DNA from: Acaryochloris thomasi RCC1774
Lineage (GTDB): Bacteria; Cyanobacteriota; Cyanobacteriia; Thermosynechococcales; Thermosynechococcaceae
Assembly: GCF_003231495.1 (NCBI RefSeq)
Contig: NZ_PQWO01000003.1
Location: forward strand, 300,001-332,000
Reading direction: 5' to 3'
DNA length: 32,000 bases
Numbering within the stretch: the stretch's first letter is position 1; the number at the start of each line of letters is the position of its first letter. Positions 18,576-27,021 of the stretch are shown here, piece after piece. The notes beneath the pieces were generated by a model. That model saw nothing but the letters and a program-made list of their open reading frames with translations, was not told where the DNA came from and made no database searches. The position numbers and the translations under genes are program-made.

Positions 18576-18813
18576 GTTGTTGTCACCTCCTTAAGTAGTT
18601 GTAGACCTAAACTTTTAGCTGAATATTGCCCTAATTAAAAACCCCGGATATCAATCCGAGGCTGAATAACAGTCTCCCTGGCATCATCATGCAACAGAGT
18701 GACATCAATTCCACCTCGGTAGGATATTAAGCCCATTGGCCCCTACGGTCTTCGGTTTCTATCGTGTTGTAGGTTAATTCAGAAAATACTGACTCCTGTT
18801 GTGGGGGACGCCC
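18576..18813 (-). promoter_or_regulatory. rplJ leader with a candidate intrinsic attenuator (18637..18661)
   Basis: A 238-nt untranslated gap separates rplA and rplJ. On the minus strand CCUCGG-AUUGAUAU-CCGGGG-UUUUU forms a 6-bp stem (one G.U pair) followed by a U5 run, about 60 nt before the rplJ ATG. L10(L12)4-controlled leaders are established in other bacteria. Confidence 0.4.
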
Positions 18814-19530
18814 CTACGGCATCTCATCCATCTTTAGATCGCGCAGGGAATTAACGCCAATTTGGATGGATGGCCCCATGGTCGAAGACACATAAATACT
18901 GCGCCAGTAGCGTCCTTTTGCTCCTGAAGGGCGATTGCGGTCGATGGTCTCCTGGAGTGCTTTTAAGTTCTCCAACAGATCCTGAGGCTCAAAGGATGTT
19001 TTGCCAAATAGAACGTGGACAATCCCTGCTTTGTCAGCCCGGAACTCAAGCTTACCAGCTTTGAACTCTGCGATCGCACTTTCCAGATCGAACGTTACCG
19101 TTCCCGCCTTTGGCGAGGGCATCAGACCTCGTGGACCCAAGATGCGGCCAACCTTCGCCACCTGCGGCATCATATCTGGCGTGGCAATCAGGAGGTCAAA
19201 GTTGATATCACCTTTCTGAATTTCTGCAATCAGCTCTTCAGAACCAGCGACATCAGCACCGGCATTCGTTGCCTCGGTGACCTTCTCGCCCTTCGCGATC
19301 ACGGCAACCTTAATATCCTGGCCCGTACCCTTTGGCAATGCCACGGTAGTCCGAAGCTGTTGGTCCGTGTACTTCGGATCAATGCCCAACCGTACATGAG
19401 CCTCTGCTGTTTCTGCAAACTTCGCCGTTGCAGTTTTCTTGAGCAGTTCTAGAGCCTCTAGAGGTTCATACTCACGCTCCTCAACCAGCTTGAGCAGCTC
19501 TCGCATGCGGCGCGAAACTTTCTTAGTCAT
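18814..19530 (-). CDS. rplA: 50S ribosomal protein L1
   Basis: 238 aa. The [31 protein letters not shown] and [14 protein letters not shown] motifs are present. Confidence 0.97.
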   Translation of the reverse strand: MTKKVSRRMRELLKLVEEREYEPLEALELLKKTATAKFAETAEAHVRLGIDPKYTDQQLRTTVALPKGTGQDIKVAVIAKGEKVTEATNAGADVAGSEELIAEIQKGDINFDLLIATPDMMPQVAKVGRILGPRGLMPSPKAGTVTFDLESAIAEFKAGKLEFRADKAGIVHVLFGKTSFEPQDLLENLKALQETIDRNRPSGAKGRYWRSIYVSSTMGPSIQIGVNSLRDLKMDEMP

Positions 19531-19611
19531 TTTTTCCTCCTGGGGTGATCACGAAGCCTGAGCCTCTCCCCCAATAAATGTGAACAGAATGAGATGAATT
19601 CGAACGGTAAT

Positions 19612-20037
19612 CTAATCGACCACCGTTACGCCCATATTGCGAGCCGTACCCGCCACAATTTTCATAGCCGCCTCAATATCGTTGGCGTTTAAGTCCGGCA
19701 TTTTTGTCTCAGCAATATCCTGAAGTTGTGCCTTAGTGATTTTACCCACCTTGACAGACTGAGGTTCACCTGAGCCCTTCTCAATCCCCGCCGCTTTCTT
19801 AATCAAGACAGAGGCCGGAGGCGTTTTTAGAATGAAGGTAAAACTTCGGTCTTCAAACACCGAAATTTCCACCGGAACCACTAGCCCGACCTTATCAGAG
19901 GTACGAGCGTTGTACTCCTTACAGAACATCATGATATTGACCCCATGCTGTCCCAACGCAGGACCGATGGGAGGGGCTGGGTTTGCTTTGCCAGCCGGAA
20001 TCGCCAGCTTAATGAGGGCTACAACTTTCTTTGCCAT
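19612..20037 (-). CDS. rplK: 50S ribosomal protein L11
   Basis: 141 aa. [44 protein letters not shown]. Confidence 0.97.
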   Translation of the reverse strand: MAKKVVALIKLAIPAGKANPAPPIGPALGQHGVNIMMFCKEYNARTSDKVGLVVPVEISVFEDRSFTFILKTPPASVLIKKAAGIEKGSGEPQSVKVGKITKAQLQDIAETKMPDLNANDIEAAMKIVAGTARNMGVTVVD

Positions 20038-20040
20038 TAC

Positions 20041-20664
20041 TTAATTCTCTTTTTTCACCTGGTTAAACTCTAGTTCGACGGGGGTATCCCGACCAAAAAT
20101 TGAAAGCAGTGCTTTAAGCTTGTTGCGCTCAGCACTCACCTCAATCACTTCTCCTTCAAAGTCTTTGAACGGACCGTTGAGAACCTGGACCTGGTCACCA
20201 ACCTCCATATCTACCTTGACAACAGGCTCCTGATCCTGAGACTGCCGGAAGATTCGCTCCACCTCTGCAGGCCCCAAAGGAAGAGGCTTAACGTGTCCTC
20301 GACCTCGCCCGTAGCGGCGTCGCTCCTCAGACCCGACGAAGTTGATGACATTTGGCGTGTTCTTAACCACCTGCCAAGTATCATCGTCAAGGATCATCCG
20401 TACCAGAACGTACCCAGGAAAGACCTTCTCGTCGCTCGTGGCTCGACTGCCATCTTTCCGAACTTTAACTGTGGGTGTTTGTGGAATCGCGATCTGTACA
20501 ATCCGGTCTGCTACGTCTAGCGTCTGAAGGCGCTGCTCCAAATTTTGCTTTACCTTCTTCTCACACCCAGAAGCCACCTGTACCGCATACCAGCGATTAA
20601 TTTGTGCTGAGGCATCCGTCTCCGGGGCATTAACTGTAGTTGTATCAAGCGGTTCATCTACCAT
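20041..20664 (-). CDS. nusG: Transcription termination/antitermination factor NusG
   Basis: 207 aa. NGN domain (RWYAVQVASGCEKKVKQNLEQR) and a KOW domain (GDQVQVLNGPFKDFEGEVIEV). Confidence 0.95.
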   Translation of the reverse strand: MVDEPLDTTTVNAPETDASAQINRWYAVQVASGCEKKVKQNLEQRLQTLDVADRIVQIAIPQTPTVKVRKDGSRATSDEKVFPGYVLVRMILDDDTWQVVKNTPNVINFVGSEERRRYGRGRGHVKPLPLGPAEVERIFRQSQDQEPVVKVDMEVGDQVQVLNGPFKDFEGEVIEVSAERNKLKALLSIFGRDTPVELEFNQVKKEN

Positions 20665-20674
20665 GATTCAAGCC

Positions 20675-21046
20675 CTAAAAGACCAGCCGGGAAGCCCAGC
20701 TGAACACATTATCAATAAGAGAGATGAAAATCGCCAAAAAAGACACCATTAAAATAACTGCGGCTGATTCACTAATGAGTTGCTGTCGATCAGGCCATAC
20801 AACCTTGGCAAGTTCTTCCTTGGTTCCCTGTGCAAATCCGACAGGACTGGGGCCTTTAGGCTTCTGAGCATCCGGCTCTAAATCAGGCGATGAGCTCCCT
20901 GCCGCGACCGGTTGCTGATCCGTCGTAGATTCCGCTGCATCAGGATTCACTGATGCAGCACCCTGATTCGCGGCTGCACTTCCTGGTCCTTTCTGAGCGC
21001 CCTTCGCTCCTCTACCTTTCCCTTTCCCTTTTTTCCCTTTTGGCAC
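20675..21046 (-). CDS. secE: Preprotein translocase subunit SecE with an extended Lys/Gly/Pro-rich N-terminus
   Basis: The C-terminal 50 aa, TKEELAKVVWPDRQQLISESAAVILMVSFLAIFISLIDNVFSWASRLVF, form the SecE core. The only upstream in-frame starts are ATG 21046 and a GTG at codon 33. Confidence 0.85.
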   Translation of the reverse strand: MPKGKKGKGKGRGAKGAQKGPGSAAANQGAASVNPDAAESTTDQQPVAAGSSSPDLEPDAQKPKGPSPVGFAQGTKEELAKVVWPDRQQLISESAAVILMVSFLAIFISLIDNVFSWASRLVF

Positions 21047-21209
21047 TATCTTTTAACCCTTCACTGCCGATCGCTTACGTTTGCTTCAACCTAATCAGAC
21101 TAGGAATACACCAGAAAAACATGCAACCTTGCCACTTCTGGACCTAACATCCTCTAAACGAGGGCGATGCTATAAAACTTTCCAACACCCTGCTAGATCA
21201 GGAAAAGAG

Positions 21210-21282
21210 CGCGCCTTGGAGGACTCGAACCCCCGACATCAGGTTTTGGAGACCTGCGTTCTACCAACTGAACTAAAGGCGC
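21210..21282 (-). tRNA. trnW: tRNA-Trp (anticodon CCA)
   Basis: The reverse complement is GCGCCTTTAGTTCAGTTGGTAGAACGCAGGTCTCCAAAACCTGATGTCGGGGGTTCGAGTCCTCCAAGGCGCG. Acceptor stem GCGCCTT/AAGGCGC, anticodon loop CT-CCA-AA, T-loop GGTTCGAGTCC. The 3' CCA is not encoded. It sits in the usual position upstream of secE. Confidence 0.95.
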
Positions 21283-21362
21283 AAATTCTCTAGTTGCTGC
21301 AGAGCTTTTGCCACAATGCTAGATCCACGGTGCCTATTAGTCTAGCGCGTTGTGGAACATCA

Positions 21363-21389
21363 TTGATATCAGTCACTCACTGATATCAA
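21363..21389 (-). terminator. Hairpin downstream of rplS
   Basis: TTGATATCAGT-CACTC-ACTGATATCAA forms an 11-bp perfect stem with a 5-nt loop, 21 nt after the rplS stop. The stem is AT-rich, so its strength is uncertain. Confidence 0.45.
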
Positions 21390-21409
21390 CATGACAGACA
21401 CAGTTGTGA

Positions 21410-21772
21410 TTAAAGACTTCGATCGAAGCGCTGCTTGATTCGAGTGGCCTTACCAACGCGATCTCGTAAGTAATAAAGCTTTGCTCGTCTAACTTTACCG
21501 CGTCGCATCACCTTAATATCGGCAACTCGAGGAGAGTGAAGTAAAAACACCCGCTCAACGCCAATTCCTTGGAAAATTCGGCGGACTGTAATGGTCTCAT
21601 TAATACCGCCATGACGCTTGGCAATCACGGTCCCCTCATAGGGTTGAGTCCGCTCCTTGTTCCCTTCACGGATCCGAACACCAACTCGAACAGTGTCGCC
21701 CACGTAGACTTCAGGCAACTTTTCCTTTAAATGTTCCGCTTCAATAGAGCGGATTAACTCTTGGGCGTGCAT
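21410..21772 (-). CDS. rplS: 50S ribosomal protein L19
   Basis: I prefer ATG 21772 ([51 protein letters not shown]), which matches the usual L19 N-terminus. The ORF-track start at 21793 adds 7 codons. Confidence 0.95.
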   Translation of the reverse strand: MHAQELIRSIEAEHLKEKLPEVYVGDTVRVGVRIREGNKERTQPYEGTVIAKRHGGINETITVRRIFQGIGVERVFLLHSPRVADIKVMRRGKVRRAKLYYLRDRVGKATRIKQRFDRSL

Positions 21773-21874
21773 AATTTCTTTTAAAAGCCACAAGTAGCTA
21801 GCCTACAACAGACAGTACTGACCTGTCTACATAGACTGACTCTAAAATAGAGCAAATTCGTACGGTCAAAAAAT

Positions 21875-23209
21875 CTACACCGGTATTTTTCCCGCATGCT
21901 GGACCTGATTGCGCCCCGCCTGCTTTGCTCGATAAAGGGCACAATCTGCTTGCCTCAGTAGCTCCTCTTCGTCCCGGGTCTCTTCAGGGAACGTGGCTAA
22001 CCCCAGGCTTGCTGTTACGTATAGAAGTTGTTGGTTGAGTACTTCAACCGGCTGAGTTTCTATTGACTGCCGAATCCGCTCGGCAATGACTAGAGCCTCA
22101 ATCTCGGTTGTTTGGGGCAAGATAATGGCAAATTCCTCACCACCATAGCGGGCCACAATGTCCCCAGGTCGAACATTCTCTGACAATAGTGCCCCAATCC
22201 ACCGCAGAGCAATGTCGCCAGATTGATGGCCATGCTTATCGTTGAGTCGTTTAAAGTAGTCGATGTCAACCATGACTAGTGATAGGGAGTGAGACTCCCG
22301 TCTCGCTTGTTCTATCTCGATATGTAGCCAGCGGTTGAACTCCCGGCGATTGTAAACGCCCGTTAGGCCGTCTATCGTTGCTAATGTTTGTAGATCTGCT
22401 TGGCTTTGCTCTAGCTTGGTGGCCATTTGATTGAAGGTCTGCGCCAGTTGAGCAAGCTCGTCCTGAGTCTGTAGCTCAATCCGATGGGATAGCTCACCGT
22501 TGCTAAACCGAGAGATTGCCTGCTCTAGAATCTGTAGAGGGCCGAGTATTGTCTTGGATAGGGCCCAGACGGTAGTAATCGCCAGACTGAGGGCAATTCC
22601 ACAAATAATCACGAGTAAAATGAGGCCTTTCCTGCTAACTTCCTTCGCCTGCATTAAGTTGTTCTGATCCTGCCACGAATTCAATAGATGATTCAGACGA
22701 TGGATGATAGTGACTGTCTTTTCAATGTCTCGAATAAAAATCTGCCGTGTCTTGCGCTGACGCTCAAGCTCAGAGGCCGATGTTGGCTTGAAGAATTCTG
22801 TGCCGCTTGCACGAGCCTCAAGCCACTGGGTATTAATCGCCGTTACTAAATTCTCGCGGCCGGGTGGCAGGAAACGTTCTGGGACTCCGCTAATTTCCTC
22901 GTGCTTGAGTAAGCGCAATGTTTGATCAATCTGTTGACTAAGCTGCTCAAAGTCACTTTGCGAGTCAGATGCTTCAACTGTTTCTATAGAAGCGGCCAAA
23001 AGAGAAACGCGGATCAATAGCAGCTCTAAATCTGCTGCGGGGAAAGACTCATGGAGTATAACGGCTTCTGTCTCTTCAAAACTGCTGAAGGCCAAGTTGA
23101 ACGTACCGATTGTTCCAACCGCTAGCACAACAACCGGTATCAACATTGAGCCAATACTAGTCAGCAATCTATTCCGTACAGAAATCGGACGATTAAACCA
23201 CTTGCTCAT
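21875..23209 (-). CDS. Membrane sensor diguanylate cyclase (two TM helices, periplasmic region, HAMP, GGDEF)
   Basis: 444 aa. HAMP region around ILGPLQILEQAISRFSNGELSHRIE. The GGDEF domain has active site RYGGEEFAIILP and an upstream RPGD (RxxD inhibitory-site) motif. Confidence 0.9.
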   Translation of the reverse strand: MSKWFNRPISVRNRLLTSIGSMLIPVVVLAVGTIGTFNLAFSSFEETEAVILHESFPAADLELLLIRVSLLAASIETVEASDSQSDFEQLSQQIDQTLRLLKHEEISGVPERFLPPGRENLVTAINTQWLEARASGTEFFKPTSASELERQRKTRQIFIRDIEKTVTIIHRLNHLLNSWQDQNNLMQAKEVSRKGLILLVIICGIALSLAITTVWALSKTILGPLQILEQAISRFSNGELSHRIELQTQDELAQLAQTFNQMATKLEQSQADLQTLATIDGLTGVYNRREFNRWLHIEIEQARRESHSLSLVMVDIDYFKRLNDKHGHQSGDIALRWIGALLSENVRPGDIVARYGGEEFAIILPQTTEIEALVIAERIRQSIETQPVEVLNQQLLYVTASLGLATFPEETRDEEELLRQADCALYRAKQAGRNQVQHAGKIPV

Positions 23210-23222
23210 GAAAATAGCGTTG

Positions 23223-23319
23223 TAGCAGTACTCGGCTGAGTTAGGACAGCTTTTCTTTAGCAGGCATAGCTGTCAACCGTTTTAATGTCCTAATCAATAC
23301 GTGTACCGCTATACCAGTG
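23223..23319 (-). repeat. Dispersed non-coding element, copy B
   Basis: This is the reverse complement of copy A (see 5171..5275). It ends 14 nt upstream of the GGDEF gene ATG (23209). In my hand translation of the plus strand, all three frames hit a stop within the first 18 nt of the copy; the minus-strand frames were not checked. Confidence 0.7.
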
Positions 23320-23624
23320 GATTGCAGACGGGGGAACAAGACCTTGCCCTTCTATTGTGACTGCACCACAGAGATTGTGACCGTAGGAGGAGGTAAAAAG
23401 GCTGACGCTGCGTCTTTGAAAACTTGAGTGGACTGTGATGTCGGTTCTTTCTTACTCACCCTTAACCTTAAGGATTCCCTATAGCTTACTGGTTATCGAC
23501 AGCCAAATATTGTGATCTCACAACAAACTTCTAGTGAGCAAATCCCTGATTTAGCATCGCTTTGAACCACAGGTCAGTATAGAATCTAGCTTAAGACAGT
23601 TTCTGAAGGTTCGGAATAGCACCC

Positions 23625-24890
23625 ATGATTCATGAAGTTTTCATGCCCGCCCTTAGCTCTACGATGACGGAAGGCAAGATCGTCTCTTGGATTAAGAGTC
23701 CTGGAGATCAGGTCGAGAAGGGTGAAACTGTCCTGGTCGTGGAGTCCGATAAGGCTGACATGGATGTGGAGTCTTTCTATGCGGGGTATTTAGCTGTAAT
23801 CGCAGTCCCTGCCGGAGAGATGGCACCGGTTGGATCAACGATTGGTTATGTTGCTGAAACAGAGGCAGATATTGCGTTAGCCCAGGAAAAGGCAAAATCC
23901 TCGAGTACTGCTGCAGAGGCTCCAGCCGTGCCTGATGCTGTGCCACCAACTCCCGTAGCTGCGTCTCTAAATGGGGGGAATACATCAGCGACGCAATCGA
24001 CCGGTCGCACCATTGTCTCTCCGCGTGCGCGCAAGCTCGCAAAACAATTCCAGGTTGATCTCAAGTCTCTTGCTGGTAGTGGACCTCACGGTCGTATTGT
24101 TGCGGCGGATGTGGAAAAAGCTTCGGGTCAAGTCTCTTCTACCAGCGTTGCCGTTGCAACACCTCCAGTCATAACGGCAACGCAACAATCGACTCCTGTT
24201 CCTGCTGCTGCACTGGCGGGTGAGATTGCTCCTTTCAATACCATGCAGCAGGCTGTGGTCACAAACATGATGGCCAGTCTAGCGGTACCTACTTTTCACG
24301 TGGGGTACACAATTACAACGGATGCTCTGGACGCGCTGTATAAGCAACTCAAGGTCAAAGGCGTCACGATGACTGGACTGTTGGCGAAAGCAATTGCTGT
24401 GACTCTGAAGCAGCATCCACTGGTAAATGCTAGCTATAGCGATCAAGGGATCCAGTATCGCGCTCCGATTAATGTGGCGGTGGCGGTGGCGATGCCGGGA
24501 GGCGGTTTGATTACACCGGTGCTGCAACATGCAGATCAGCTCGATATCTACTCACTATCACGTGATTGGAAAGATCTGGTTTCTCGCGCACGTTCAAAAC
24601 AACTGCAGCCCAATGAATACAGCTCTGGAACATTCACTTTGTCTAATCTAGGTATGTTTGGCGTTGATAGCTTTGACGCTATCTTACCGCCGGGGCAAGG
24701 CTCAATCTTAGCGGTGGGAGCGTCTCGCTCTCAGACGGTGGCAACTGAGGATGGCCTATTTGGAGTGAAGCGCCAAATGCGCGTGAATATTACCTGTGAC
24801 CATCGCATCATCTACGGAGCAGATGCAGCAGCATTCCTTCGAGATTTGGCTCAGCTGATTGAGGTAAATCCTCAATCTTTGACGATGTAG
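23625..24890 (+). CDS. pdhC: Dihydrolipoamide acetyltransferase, E2 component of pyruvate dehydrogenase
   Basis: 421 aa. Lipoyl domain (MIHEVFMPALSSTMTEGKIVSW...VVESDKADMDVE), E3-binding domain (SPRARKLAKQFQVDLKSLAGSGPHGRIVAADV), and a catalytic domain with DHRIIYGADAA. Confidence 0.92.
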   Translation: MIHEVFMPALSSTMTEGKIVSWIKSPGDQVEKGETVLVVESDKADMDVESFYAGYLAVIAVPAGEMAPVGSTIGYVAETEADIALAQEKAKSSSTAAEAPAVPDAVPPTPVAASLNGGNTSATQSTGRTIVSPRARKLAKQFQVDLKSLAGSGPHGRIVAADVEKASGQVSSTSVAVATPPVITATQQSTPVPAAALAGEIAPFNTMQQAVVTNMMASLAVPTFHVGYTITTDALDALYKQLKVKGVTMTGLLAKAIAVTLKQHPLVNASYSDQGIQYRAPINVAVAVAMPGGGLITPVLQHADQLDIYSLSRDWKDLVSRARSKQLQPNEYSSGTFTLSNLGMFGVDSFDAILPPGQGSILAVGASRSQTVATEDGLFGVKRQMRVNITCDHRIIYGADAAAFLRDLAQLIEVNPQSLTM

Positions 24891-24979
24891 CAATAGCTGT
24901 GGGTCTTTATGCTTCGTAGCAAAGATCACCGCATCTTTAATAAAGGGCACCCTAGAGAAAAATCTCTCTACGTTTTGCT

Positions 24980-25390
24980 ATGCGTTTTTTATTGCTAACG
25001 GCTCTCGCCTTCTCCTTGGTGCCATCCATCGCTTCTGCCCAGGACTGGAAAGATTGGGCTAACAACAATCCGACATATCCGTCGCAGTCACAGCCGACTC
25101 CCGTTGCTCCGGCCCCGGCGACTCCGGCCCCTAGCCCTGCGTCGAACTCATCAGACTCGTTTGGTATTAGCAGTACCCAAAGTCCAGCTTTTGAGCAGCT
25201 ATTCATGAAGGGATGCACGTCTAAGGGAGGTGCCCAAGCCAGCAGCTTTTGCGCCTGCACCCTCACAGAGATTCAGAATACTCATACGATTCAGGAGTTA
25301 AACCAGCTCGGGCTGCAGATGCAGCAAACAGGCGAACTACCAGAGTCTTTTCAAGATATTGTTATATCCTGTATTTCTCGGTTGCAGTAG
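24980..25390 (+). CDS. Secreted hypothetical protein with a Pro-rich linker and a Cys-containing C-terminal domain
   Basis: 136 aa. Signal peptide MRFLLLTALAFSLVPSIASA, a PTPVAPAPATPAPSPA linker, and 4 Cys in the C-terminal 70 aa. No family recognised. Confidence 0.55.
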   Translation: MRFLLLTALAFSLVPSIASAQDWKDWANNNPTYPSQSQPTPVAPAPATPAPSPASNSSDSFGISSTQSPAFEQLFMKGCTSKGGAQASSFCACTLTEIQNTHTIQELNQLGLQMQQTGELPESFQDIVISCISRLQ

Positions 25391-25400
25391 GAAGCGTTAC

Positions 25401-26309
25401 CTACCCAGCATTAAAGATAAAGCTGACCTTGTCTTCTTTGCCCAATGACACGCGATCGCCAGTTCTCAAACGATAACGATCCCCAGTTCGCAATGCCTGG
25501 TTATTGACGTAGGTTCCATTGGCACTTCCCAAATCTTGGAGATAGTAGCCATCAGCTTCGAGGCGAAGATCAGCATGGACACGGGAGACCACATCACTAT
25601 CGGGAAAACCTGACATATCTATGTCGGGAGGGACACGTTCGTTGGGTTTACCCAGATGGACAATATCCAGGTGGAGCGGAAGTAAGAGCTTCGTATCACT
25701 CCGTACGTGAACAAGGTAAGCCATCGGCTGTTGAATCTGTGTTGCCCCTGCTCGTGGGTTGGCGGGCTGTGTATTCAACGGTGCCGGAGGGGGAGTGAAG
25801 ACATCAAAAGCTGAGGGGGGAACTGTTTCCGATTCTGAAGTTAGACCTGCTGTCGAACTCGCAGCAATATTGACGTCGGATTTTGGCGGTATTGCGGATG
25901 AATCCTCTGGGAAAATCGTGAACTCAGCCACAGATTGCTCTTCTGGAGGAGATTTTAGCTCTGAATCATCATCTGCCAATAAGTCGGGAGGCTGGCTGAT
26001 GGCTGAGATAGGCATATCTATCGCTGGTATTTCAGACATCGGAGCCGGTATAGCTTCTGTAAGATTTACGACTTCGGTGGGTGGGACTTGACCAACCGCT
26101 GACGCATCGGCCTGGCTGGCTGCCTTAGGGGCCACAGGAATCGGCTCCCCTGACTGGAGAGGGGTCCCGCAGTGGGCGCAGAAGTAGGCGTCAGTGGAAA
26201 CGAACTCTTGACAACTGGGGCAAGGGGACATCGCTGGCAAAGGTGCAGCACAAGAGGCGCAGTGGCTGGCACCATCAGGATTGGAGTGACCGCATTGAGT
26301 ACAAAGCAT
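25401..26309 (-). CDS. Double zinc-ribbon plus FHA-domain protein
   Basis: 302 aa. N-terminal CTQCGH..CASC and CPSC..CAHCG zinc ribbons, a long Pro/Ser-rich linker, and a C-terminal FHA domain (HLGK...VSRVHADLRLEADGYYLQDLGSANGTYVNNQAL...GDRVSLG). Confidence 0.85.
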   Translation of the reverse strand: MLCTQCGHSNPDGASHCASCAAPLPAMSPCPSCQEFVSTDAYFCAHCGTPLQSGEPIPVAPKAASQADASAVGQVPPTEVVNLTEAIPAPMSEIPAIDMPISAISQPPDLLADDDSELKSPPEEQSVAEFTIFPEDSSAIPPKSDVNIAASSTAGLTSESETVPPSAFDVFTPPPAPLNTQPANPRAGATQIQQPMAYLVHVRSDTKLLLPLHLDIVHLGKPNERVPPDIDMSGFPDSDVVSRVHADLRLEADGYYLQDLGSANGTYVNNQALRTGDRYRLRTGDRVSLGKEDKVSFIFNAG

Positions 26310-27021
26310 CAGTGTTCGGCTCCGTGCAGATAGGGGACAGCTTTCACCCTAATCGAGGAAAGAAGCCAACGGAAGGCTAAATGGGTGAGCTTTCCATATA
26401 TTAAGCGTCTTTGCTGTCGGTGGCACATAGGCTGAGAATAATCCTACAGATAAACCCAATGTTCATTTTGGTGTATCTCTAAATTCTGGGGGGCAGGTTG
26501 TTGGAGATCAAACCCTATAATGAAATTCAATAAGAAACCAGCCGAAGCGCTATGGGTTATAGGAAAGAATACCGAAGGACTTCATCTGCTCGGTCTCTAA
26601 GACTGGGGCGGGGTTCCCAACACCGTTGTGTGATCTGTGAAGAATTATTTGATTCCCCGACTCTCAGTGTCAAGGTGGGGAAAGGTCGAGGACATCTCTT
26701 ATGTGTGGGGCTCAGCCGTGTAGGTCTAGAGAAACTGGCTAGAACATCAGGCCGTTGGTAGTGCGGAGTAATGTTTAAGTTTTGCTCAGCTTCATCTACA
26801 AACTGTTACACAAAGCACTCCCATTCTTCTCTGGGTTTGGGTAACCTGGACTAAAGGAACTCTGTTTAGTGATTAAACGTCAATCATGCTGAGGGTTGGG
26901 TGCTGCATTGCTTTGGCTCTAGGTGGCCGGAGTAAATTGGAGCTTCTTGAGATAAGTACTCCCCTGACAATTCAGTTTTAAGCCCAGAGTCTTTCATCTC
27001 TTCGTTACGTTTCGAACTTCA

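Noticed and set aside
23210-23330. Possible c-di-GMP riboswitch upstream of the GGDEF gene
   Set aside because: The leader lacks the conserved GEMM-I or GEMM-II features as I remember them. Riboswitches of that class usually control effector genes rather than cyclases. The region is better described as copy B of the dispersed repeat.
25401-26309. FHA/zinc-ribbon protein considered as part of a Ser/Thr phospho-signalling or secretion module together with the convergent secreted Cys protein (24980..25390)
   Set aside because: No kinase, PP2C phosphatase or secretion-system gene is present in the window. The two genes are convergent, not co-transcribed. The architecture is common in cyanobacteria.
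26552-26761. 69-aa ORF with a CxxC pair in the large FHA-ctpA intergenic region
   Set aside because: It is very Arg-rich and uses rare AGG, AGA and CGA codons. It has no Shine-Dalgarno sequence and no recognisable fold. It more likely lies in non-coding or RNA-encoding DNA.
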